This document shows positions 15,919 through 22,622 of a stretch of DNA of 37,860 bases, one piece after another. Under the pieces are notes generated by a model. The model was given only the letters and a program-made list of their open reading frames with translations. It had not been told where the DNA came from and ran no database searches. The stretch's first letter is position 1. Each line of letters opens with the position of its first letter. Made by a program: the position numbers and the translations under genes. This stretch comes from Opitutales bacterium (GTDB taxonomy: Bacteria; Verrucomicrobiota; Verrucomicrobiia; Opitutales; UBA953): the NCBI GenBank assembly GCA_032120295.1, contig JAUMEU010000194.1:1-37860 (forward strand), written 5' to 3'.

Positions 15919-17220
15919 TCAGAAGGCCAGCTTCTGCGCCTGCCGCTCGAAGCCTTCGGCCTCGAACAATGGTTCCGGCTGCATCTTCACGAGGTCGGCC
16001 ACGTAGCGGTCGGGCACGCGCTCGAGGCGCGTGTTGTAGAACGTCGTGATGTTCGCGTGGTAGGCGCGGGCGAGCGCGATCCGGTCCTCGGTCTCGACGA
16101 GATTGCGGCTGAGCTCGGCGAAGACCGTCTGGCCCTTGAGATCGGGATACTGCTCCGCGACCGCGAGGAGCGTCGGCGCGACGGCGGCGACCCGACCGCC
16201 GGCGGCCTGCGCGCGGAGGGCGGCGACGAGCGTCTGCACGGACGCCTCGTGCGCCCGGAAACCCTGCACACAGGTGACCAGCGGAGGGATCAGGTCCGCG
16301 CGGCGCTTGAGTTGGACGTCAATGAGCGAAGAGGCCTGGCGGACGCGGTTGCGCAGGCCCGTGATGCTGTTGAAGACCATCCAGACCCAGCCCGCACCGG
16401 CGGCGAACGAGTAAAGCAGGACACCGACGAGCAGCCCGAACGGCGCGACGTCGGGCCGGGCGCCGGCCATGAGGACCGAGCCGAAGCCGCCTGCGAGCGC
16501 GGCGCCTAGGATGTTCCACACGATGAACGACGTGGCTTTGCCGTCGCTGATGTCCTGCTCCTTGCGCGGGGTGATGATGAACATATCCGCCTTGGCCTCG
16601 TGCTTGATCTGGGCGGCGACGATGTCCGGTCGCTCGCTGGCGCGGCCGCGGACGAAGAGCTGCGTGCCGACCGGCAGGCCATATTCGGTGAAGCTGCGCT
16701 CACCGGTCGAACCTTCGACGGCGTCGGACGGACCTTTGTCGTAATACAAAGAATCGTCGCGATCGACGTGCTGGTCGAACATCGTGAGGGTGTCCAGGTC
16801 GGCGCCCTCGGGGTCGACCCACACGTAGCCCGTCTCGTCCTGGACGTAGAAACCGCCCGTCTCGCCGCCTGACGCCACGGTGTCGCTGCCGGTGTCGATG
16901 ACCGTGCGCGTGCGCGTCCGGCCCTTGTCGTCGGTGTAGGTCTCGGTGCGGCGCCGCCGCCAATGTTCGCTGACCGACCAGCTGTAGAGCACGCAGGGCT
17001 TCTCCGCCAGATAGCTGATGAAAGGATCGCGGCGGACGCACGCGCCCTCGAGCTCGACTTCGCCGACGAAGACCCCGAGGGCCTTCGAGACCGGGGTGTC
17101 GTCGAGGAGGCGACGTTTCCGGCCGGCGTTCAAGGCCAGCAACAAGCACCCCGCGGAACCGGCTAAGGTCAGTAATGCGGGGGCTGCGATATCCTGGGCC
17201 ACGGGCGTCGTTATGCCCAC
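15919..17220 (-). CDS. membrane protein fusing a GIDE-like domain (N-terminal) to a LemA domain (C-terminal)
   Basis: The C-terminal roughly 115 aa match LemA (IDVQLKRRADLIPPLV, AEQYPDLKG, ARAYHANITTFYNTRLERVPDRYVA). The N-terminal part is TM, then GVFVGEVELEGACVRRDPFISYLAEKPCVLYSW...GGFYVQDETGYVWVDPEGADL (GIDE-like), then two TM segments. The listed ORF extends to 17754, but that extension is antisense to DUF1365 and compositionally non-coding. The first plausible start is GTG 17220, with aagga 4 nt upstream. An alternative is ATG 17349. Confidence 0.7.
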   Translation of the reverse strand: MGITTPVAQDIAAPALLTLAGSAGCLLLALNAGRKRRLLDDTPVSKALGVFVGEVELEGACVRRDPFISYLAEKPCVLYSWSVSEHWRRRRTETYTDDKGRTRTRTVIDTGSDTVASGGETGGFYVQDETGYVWVDPEGADLDTLTMFDQHVDRDDSLYYDKGPSDAVEGSTGERSFTEYGLPVGTQLFVRGRASERPDIVAAQIKHEAKADMFIITPRKEQDISDGKATSFIVWNILGAALAGGFGSVLMAGARPDVAPFGLLVGVLLYSFAAGAGWVWMVFNSITGLRNRVRQASSLIDVQLKRRADLIPPLVTCVQGFRAHEASVQTLVAALRAQAAGGRVAAVAPTLLAVAEQYPDLKGQTVFAELSRNLVETEDRIALARAYHANITTFYNTRLERVPDRYVADLVKMQPEPLFEAEGFERQAQKLAF

Positions 17221-17254
17221 GTCCTTTGGTTTAGCAAGGTTTGGAGGCGGGGAC

Positions 17255-17279
17255 GCTTGCACCCGGGCGGCTTGCACCC
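17255..17279. promoter_or_regulatory. direct repeat GCTTGCACCC-N5-GCTTGCACCC in the 72-bp divergent intergenic region
   Basis: The exact 10-mer occurs at 17255-17264 and 17270-17279, 14 nt upstream of the DUF1365 ATG. Function is unknown. Confidence 0.3.
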
Positions 17280-17292
17280 ACCCTGCAGGCCG

Positions 17293-18138
17293 ATGCCCCG
17301 ACTGTACGACGCAGAAGTGATGCACGCCCGGCTCTGGCCGAAGCGGCATGACTTCACGCACGCGGCCTTCGCCTTCTCGGTCGACGCCGCCTCGGTCGAC
17401 GCGACAAATGGCGGACGCTTCATGCTCGGCCGCGCCTGGTCGCCCTATCGCTTCCGCGACGGCGACTTCCTCCCGGCCGGCGAGGTCTTCCAGCCGGAAG
17501 GCGTCCCGCAGGCCTTCGCCGGCGCCACGCTCGCCGACCGCTTCCGCGTCTTCGCCGCCGCCCACGGCGAACCGCTCCCGACGCACGCCGTGATCCGGCT
17601 GGTCGCGATGCCCCGCTCCTTCGGGAAGTCTTATAATCCCGCGGTGTTCATGATGGCCACCGTCGACGGCGTCCTGACCTGCGGGATCGCCGAGGTCCAT
17701 AACACGTTCGGCGAACGGAAGGCGTGGTTCCTCGGCTGGGCCTGCCTGCGCCATGATTTCGACGGCGACGCCTACCTGCAGCTACGCACGCCGAAGCGCT
17801 TCTACGTCTCGCCGTTCTCGGCGCTGGATACCGAATTCGAGTTCACGCTCCGCCTGCCCGACGGCCGCCTGGCGATCACGGTCGACCACTATGAGGACGG
17901 ACGAAAGACGCTCATCAGCGCCTGGACCGGCCGACAGGTCCCGCTGACCGACGCGCGCCTGCTCTGGCTGACCATCAAGTCACCGCTGCTCATCCTCAAG
18001 GTCGTGGCGCTCATCCATCTGCACGCCGCCTGGCTGTGGCTGGTGAAAAAACTTCCTTTCCGCCGGAAGGGAGACGACATTCCCCTGCAGCGTAACCTAC
18101 GGCACCCCACCTCTGAACTGACCGGCCGACATGACTAA
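17293..18138 (+). CDS. DUF1365 family protein
   Basis: Start chosen at MPRLYDAEVMHARLWPKRHDFTH, the characteristic DUF1365 N-terminus (LY.G.V.H.R..P..H.F). It ends in an ATGACTAA overlap with the next gene. Confidence 0.8.
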   Translation: MPRLYDAEVMHARLWPKRHDFTHAAFAFSVDAASVDATNGGRFMLGRAWSPYRFRDGDFLPAGEVFQPEGVPQAFAGATLADRFRVFAAAHGEPLPTHAVIRLVAMPRSFGKSYNPAVFMMATVDGVLTCGIAEVHNTFGERKAWFLGWACLRHDFDGDAYLQLRTPKRFYVSPFSALDTEFEFTLRLPDGRLAITVDHYEDGRKTLISAWTGRQVPLTDARLLWLTIKSPLLILKVVALIHLHAAWLWLVKKLPFRRKGDDIPLQRNLRHPTSELTGRHD

Positions 18139-19357
18139 TCCTTCCCCTGCCGCCGGCTCCCTCGCCCGCCGCCTCGTCCTCCCCGAGCTCGCGAAGCTCA
18201 CGAAGGGCCGCCTGCTCCTCCGCCTGCCCGAAGGCGCGGAACTCGTGCTCGGCGACCCTCGCGCGACCGGCGGAGCCCGTATGGACGTGAAGGACGAGAA
18301 CGCCTTCCGCCGCATCATGCTGGCCGCCGACATCGGCCTGACCGAAGGCTACATGGAGGGCGAGTGGGACTCCCCCGACCTCAACGCGCTCATCGGCTTC
18401 TTCATCGAGAACATCGACCAGACCCCGGGCATGTCCGGTTCGGCCCGCAAGGCGCTCGGCGTCGGCCTCTTCCGCATCGCCGACCGTATCGGCCACCTCC
18501 TACGTCCGAACGACAGACAGATGGTGCGTCGCAACATCTCGGAGCACTACGACGTCTCTAACGACTTCTTCCGCCTCTTCCTCGACCCGTCGATGATGTA
18601 CTCGTCGGCCCGCTGGGAAGGAACCGACTCCCTCGAGCAGGCCCAGACCAACAAAAACGATTCCCTCTGCCGTTTCCTCCAGCTCAAGCCGACGGACCAC
18701 GTCATCGAGATCGGCACCGGCTGGGGCGGCTGGGCCCTGCACGCCGTGAAGAAGTACGGCTGCCGCGTCACCTCGCTGACCATCTCGCAGGCGCAGCACG
18801 ACCTCGCCGTCGAACGCGTGAAGGCCGCCGGCCTCGCGGACCGCATCACGGTGAAGCTCGAGGACTTCCGCGACCATCAGGGCAGCTACGACAAGTGCGT
18901 CTCCATCGAGATGATGGAAGCCCTCGGCCATAAGTACCTGCCGGCCTTCTGCGCGTCCATCGGCCGACTGCTGAAGCCCGACGGCATCGCCGCCTTCCAG
19001 TACATCACCTGCCCGGACAGCCGTTACGCGCAGTTCCGCGACGGCGTGGACTTCATCCAGAAGCACATCTTCCCCGGCTCGCTCCTGCTTTCGATCAATC
19101 GCGTCGGCGACCTCATGACCCAGGAGAGCGGCTTCCAGCTCGACCGCCTCGAGGAGTTCGGCCGCGACTACGCCCGCACGCTCGATGCCTGGTGCCAGGC
19201 CTTCGAGGCGAATTTGGATAAAGTCCGGGGAATGGGTTTCGACGAACGCTTCATCCGCAAGTGGCGCCTCTACTTCCGCTACTGCCAGGCCGCCTTCGAA
19301 CATCGCAACATCGGCGTCGTCCAGGCCGTCTACGTCCGCCCGAACCGCAAGGGCTGA
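18131..19357 (+). CDS. cfa: cyclopropane-fatty-acyl-phospholipid synthase family SAM-dependent methyltransferase
   Basis: 408 aa with HYDVSNDFFRLFLDPSMMYSSA, the SAM motif VIEIGTGWGGWA and SIEMMEALG. The actual product (cyclopropane or methyl/methylene) cannot be read from the sequence. Confidence 0.85.
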   Translation: MTNPSPAAGSLARRLVLPELAKLTKGRLLLRLPEGAELVLGDPRATGGARMDVKDENAFRRIMLAADIGLTEGYMEGEWDSPDLNALIGFFIENIDQTPGMSGSARKALGVGLFRIADRIGHLLRPNDRQMVRRNISEHYDVSNDFFRLFLDPSMMYSSARWEGTDSLEQAQTNKNDSLCRFLQLKPTDHVIEIGTGWGGWALHAVKKYGCRVTSLTISQAQHDLAVERVKAAGLADRITVKLEDFRDHQGSYDKCVSIEMMEALGHKYLPAFCASIGRLLKPDGIAAFQYITCPDSRYAQFRDGVDFIQKHIFPGSLLLSINRVGDLMTQESGFQLDRLEEFGRDYARTLDAWCQAFEANLDKVRGMGFDERFIRKWRLYFRYCQAAFEHRNIGVVQAVYVRPNRKG

Positions 19358-19414
19358 GCGCGGCGCGTCGCGAGGGGGCAAGTGGGCAAGTTGACACGTG
19401 GACAAGGTGAGCGG
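19355..19414 (+). repeat. stop-codon-abutting 3' element (K3)
   Basis: TGAGCGCGGCGCGTCGCGAGGGGGCAAGTGGGCAAGTTGACACGTGGACAAGGTGAGCGG begins with the cfa stop codon. Confidence 0.75.
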
Positions 19415-19416
19415 CC

Positions 19417-19503
19417 TCAATCAAAGGGAAACCGGAGACCGGATGATTGGCTGGGGATATGATGCCCGCAGCATCCTTTCCGGTTTCCGGTCTCCCTTTT
19501 CAG
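19417..19503. mobile_element. MITE-like inverted-repeat element, minimal form (M2, about 87 bp)
   Basis: CTCAATCAAAGGGAAACCGGAGACCGGATGATTGGCTGGGG...CCCGCAGCATCCTTTCCGGTTTCCGGTCTCCCTTTTCAG. The arms are inverted repeats of about 35-40 nt. Confidence 0.7.
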
Positions 19504-19521
19504 TTCGTCCGCCTGTCTCGA

Positions 19522-19552
19522 GGCTAGGGCAGCACTGCGTGCTGCCCTAGCC
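19522..19552. repeat. REP-like hairpin, H3 type
   Basis: GGCTAGG-GCAGCAC/TGCG/GTGCTGC-CCTAGCC. Confidence 0.8.
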
Positions 19553-19572
19553 CCTTCGCCGCAGGGCGAACC

Positions 19573-19628
19573 GGTAGGGCTGACCACCCTTGGTCAGCCG
19601 CGGTTGAGCGAGGGCGCCCAACCCTACC
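19573..19628 (+). repeat. REP-like double hairpin (H1+H2), copy 3
   Basis: GGTAGGGCTGACCACCCTTGGTCAGCCGCGGTTGAGCGAGGGCGCCCAACCCTACC. Confidence 0.85.
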
Positions 19629-19636
19629 CGAGGCAA

Positions 19637-19664
19637 CTAGGTCAGCACGCAGTGCTGACCCTCC
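19637..19664. repeat. REP-like hairpin, H3 type
   Basis: CTAG-GTCAGCAC/GCAG/GTGCTGAC-CCTCC. Confidence 0.8.
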
Positions 19665-19765
19665 CTCAAACCCAGAGGCTCCATTCAGCCCTCAATTCAG
19701 TCCTCCACTCTTCCACGGTTTGCCTTCCCCCGCATTACCCCCACCCTGAATCTAAGCCCTCGCCG

Positions 19766-19792
19766 ATACTCCATACTCTATACTCCATACTC
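19766..19792 (+). repeat. tandem heptad array (ATACTCN)x4, copy 2
   Basis: ATACTCc ATACTCt ATACTCc ATACTC, ending 5 nt before the ATG at 19798. Confidence 0.85.
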
Positions 19793-19797
19793 GCATC

Positions 19798-20196
19798 ATG
19801 ACCTCCCGTCGCGCCATCGCCCTCTACTTCATCTTCGTGCTCGTCGCCATGACCTGGGTGTCGTGGTATGCCTCGACCGCGCCGACGATCACCTCGCTCG
19901 CGAAGTATGCCGAGCTGGTGAAGAACCAGGAAGGTATCAACGTCATCAAGGGCTTCGAGACCGTGTGCTCCGAGCCGTGGGGCCTCGCCACGATGTTCGA
20001 CGCCTACTTCGGCTTCATGGCCTTCTGGCTCTACACCGCCTGGCGCGCCCGCACGGTCGGGGCCCGTCTCGGCTGGCTCGTCGCCCTGCTGCTCCTCGGC
20101 AACTTCGCCATCGCGGCCTATGTCCTCCTCTGCCTCAAGCAGTCCGGCGACGAGACCGATCTGGGCAAGGTATTCTTCACCCGTAAGGCGGCCTGA
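19798..20196 (+). CDS. small integral membrane protein (possibly DUF1475-like)
   Basis: 132 aa with three hydrophobic segments and the motif PWGLATMFDAYFGFMAFWLY. The stop abuts the next ATG (TGAATG). The family name is a tentative recollection. Confidence 0.55.
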   Translation: MTSRRAIALYFIFVLVAMTWVSWYASTAPTITSLAKYAELVKNQEGINVIKGFETVCSEPWGLATMFDAYFGFMAFWLYTAWRARTVGARLGWLVALLLLGNFAIAAYVLLCLKQSGDETDLGKVFFTRKAA

Positions 20197-20676
20197 ATGG
20201 GGCGCGTCGGTGATTGGCTCCGCCGTAAGGTGCGCGACCCGCTCCTGGCGGAGTTGCGTCAAGGGGTCACGCCTGCGGCCGTCTCGGCCGCGGTGACGGT
20301 CGCCTTCGCCCTTGCCATCGTCCCCATCATCGGTGCCACGACCGTATTGTGTCTCTTGGCCGGGCGGATTTGGCGCCTGAACCACGTCGTGATGCAAATC
20401 GTGAACCACGCCAGTTACCCCCTGCAATTTCTGCTCCTTGTGCCATTCGTCCGGCTGGGCGAAACCGTTGTCGGGGCCGAGCCCATCGCCCTGTCTCCCT
20501 CCGCGCTCATCGATGCGTTCAATGAGTCCTTCGGAGGCTTTGTGGCCCAATTTGGCCTGGCCTACGTCCATGGCCTCATCGGCTGGGTGCTGACGGTCCC
20601 GCTCGCCTGCTGGATCTTTCATCTTATCCTGAGCCGTCTTTTCCGCCGCTTCACCCCGCCCCCCGTTTCCCCATGA
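20197..20676 (+). CDS. DUF2062 family membrane protein
   Basis: 159 aa. The pattern GVTPAAVSAAVTVAFALAIVPIIGATTVLCLLAGRIWRLNHVVMQIVNHASYPLQ is as I recall for DUF2062. It shares an ATGA overlap with the next gene. Confidence 0.6.
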   Translation: MGRVGDWLRRKVRDPLLAELRQGVTPAAVSAAVTVAFALAIVPIIGATTVLCLLAGRIWRLNHVVMQIVNHASYPLQFLLLVPFVRLGETVVGAEPIALSPSALIDAFNESFGGFVAQFGLAYVHGLIGWVLTVPLACWIFHLILSRLFRRFTPPPVSP

Positions 20677-21485
20677 ACCCGCTCACCGCCCTCGGCCTCG
20701 ACTTCATCATCCTGCTCGTCGAAGCCTGCGTCTTCTTCGCCCTCTGCTGGCTCGTGGCCAAGAAGATCGACAACTGGTCGATCGTGGACGTCGCCTGGTC
20801 CTACGGCTTTGCGCTCGTCGGCCTACAGATGATCGCCGTGCACTTCTTCTACGCGCCCATCAGCGGACAGGGCCTGCTGATGGCGGCCGCCACCGTGGCC
20901 TGGAGCGTCCGCCTGGGCTCCCATCTCGCGAAGCGCGTGCTCGGTCACCTCGACCAGGAAGACGGCCGCTACCTCAAGATGCGGGCCGAATACGGCGACC
21001 GGATGCCGGCGCGCATGGTCTATTTCTATTTCGTCCAGGCCGTCGTGCTCGCGGTCCTCTGTCTGCCTCTGCTTTCCTCGAGCCCGGTCAACGTCCCGAG
21101 CGCGCCCGCCCCGATCCACTGGGCCGGCCTGGCTGTCGTCGGCCTGGCGCTGCTTATCGAGACGATCGCGGACGCCCAGCTGGCGGCGTTCAAGAAGGAC
21201 CCCGCGAACCGCGGTAAAGTCTGCGAGCGCGGCCTGTGGGCCTGGAGCCGTCACCCCAATTACTTCGGCGAATGGCTGGTCTGGGTCGGCTTCTTCCTGA
21301 TGAGCTATAACAGCGCCTACCGGGGCATCCCCGGGCTGCTCTGCGTCGGGGTCATCTACTATTTCCTCACGCGCGTGACCGGGGTCCCCCTGACCGAGCA
21401 GCACCTCCTCGCGTCCAAAGGCCCGGCCTACGCCGACTACCAGCAGCGCGTGCCGGCTTTCTGGCCCCGTCCGCCGCGCGGCTGA
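20673..21485 (+). CDS. DUF1295 family membrane protein (steroid-5-alpha-reductase/ICMT-like fold)
   Basis: 270 aa, polytopic, with the signature GLWAWSRHPNYFGEWLVWVGFF. Confidence 0.8.
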   Translation: MNPLTALGLDFIILLVEACVFFALCWLVAKKIDNWSIVDVAWSYGFALVGLQMIAVHFFYAPISGQGLLMAAATVAWSVRLGSHLAKRVLGHLDQEDGRYLKMRAEYGDRMPARMVYFYFVQAVVLAVLCLPLLSSSPVNVPSAPAPIHWAGLAVVGLALLIETIADAQLAAFKKDPANRGKVCERGLWAWSRHPNYFGEWLVWVGFFLMSYNSAYRGIPGLLCVGVIYYFLTRVTGVPLTEQHLLASKGPAYADYQQRVPAFWPRPPRG

Positions 21486-21538
21486 TTTTTCCGAGGCGAC
21501 GGATTGCCAGCGGCTGGGAGGGCGTACAATTTGCCCCC

Positions 21539-22579
21539 ATGCCGCTGCTCGACAAACTCATCGAAAAAGACGTCCTCCCCGACGGAGCGATCCGCTGGGG
21601 CATCCGGCGTCTCCTCAAGCAGCGCCTCGTCGACGAGCGTCCGGCGGACGCCGCGGCCCGCTTCGCCAAGGTCGACGCCTTCGCCGCCGAACTGCGCACT
21701 CTGCCCGTCGCGATCGAGACCAAGGCCGCCAACGAGCAGCACTACGAAGTGCCCGCCGAGTTCTATAAGCTCTGCCTCGGGCCCCGCCTGAAATACTCCT
21801 CCTGCTTCTACGAGACCGGCACGGAGTCCATCGGCCAGGCCGAGGAGACCATGCTCACGCGTACCTGCGCGCGCGCGGAATTGCAGGACGGGCTCGAGAT
21901 CCTCGAGCTCGGCTGCGGCTGGGGCTCGCTCACGCTCTGGATGGCCGAGAAATACCCCAACGCCCGCATCACCGGCGTCTCGAACTCCGCCTCCCAGCGC
22001 GCCCACATCGAAGGCGAGTGCGCCAAGCGCGGCTTCCGTAACGTGCGCATCATCACCTGCGACATGAATATCTTCTCCGCCGAGGCCTCCCGGTACGACC
22101 GGGTCGTCTCCGTGGAAATGTTTGAGCACATGAAGAACTGGGGTGAGCTCATGCGCCGCATCGCCGGCTGGCTCAAGCCCGGGGGCAAGCTCTTCTTCCA
22201 CGTCTTCACGCACAAGGACGCGGCTTACCATTTCGCCGCCAAGGACGCCACCGACTGGATGTCGCGCCACTTCTTCACCGGCGGCATCATGCCGTCGAAC
22301 TGCCTCGCCAGCCGCTTCCAGGAAGACCTCAAACTGGAGACCCAGTGGGAGGTCGAGGGCCGCCACTACGGCCAGACCTCCGAGCACTGGCTCGAGAACA
22401 CCGACCGCCACCGCGAGGAGATCCTCCGGATCTTCGCGCAGACCTACGGCCCGGACCGGGCGAAGGCCTGGCTCGCCAACTGGCGCGTCTTCTTCATGGC
22501 CTGCGCCGAACTGTGGAATTACCAAGGCGGCACCGAGTGGATGGTCTGCCATTACCGCTTCGCCAAGCGCGCGGGCTAA
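21539..22579 (+). CDS. second CMAS-family SAM-dependent methyltransferase
   Basis: 346 aa with HYEVPAEFYKLCLGPRLKYSSCFY, the SAM motif ILELGCGWGSL and VSVEMFEHM. Confidence 0.82.
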   Translation: MPLLDKLIEKDVLPDGAIRWGIRRLLKQRLVDERPADAAARFAKVDAFAAELRTLPVAIETKAANEQHYEVPAEFYKLCLGPRLKYSSCFYETGTESIGQAEETMLTRTCARAELQDGLEILELGCGWGSLTLWMAEKYPNARITGVSNSASQRAHIEGECAKRGFRNVRIITCDMNIFSAEASRYDRVVSVEMFEHMKNWGELMRRIAGWLKPGGKLFFHVFTHKDAAYHFAAKDATDWMSRHFFTGGIMPSNCLASRFQEDLKLETQWEVEGRHYGQTSEHWLENTDRHREEILRIFAQTYGPDRAKAWLANWRVFFMACAELWNYQGGTEWMVCHYRFAKRAG

Positions 22580-22622
22580 GTCCGCGTTTGCCACGGGCCG
22601 CGGTCCGCGTTTGCTCGGCGTC

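Noticed and set aside
17221-17754. N-terminal 178 codons of the listed 15919..17754 ORF.
   Set aside because: It is antisense to the DUF1365 coding region and is Gly/Arg/Glu/Pro/His-rich with no TM or domain. The recognisable protein begins at the TM helix just after GTG 17220.
22143-22622. N-terminal 160 codons of the listed 22143..23552 ORF.
   Set aside because: It is an out-of-frame overlap with the well-supported methyltransferase gene and has Ser/Arg/Pro/Thr-rich junk composition. The mutarotase-fold homology begins at Met 22623.
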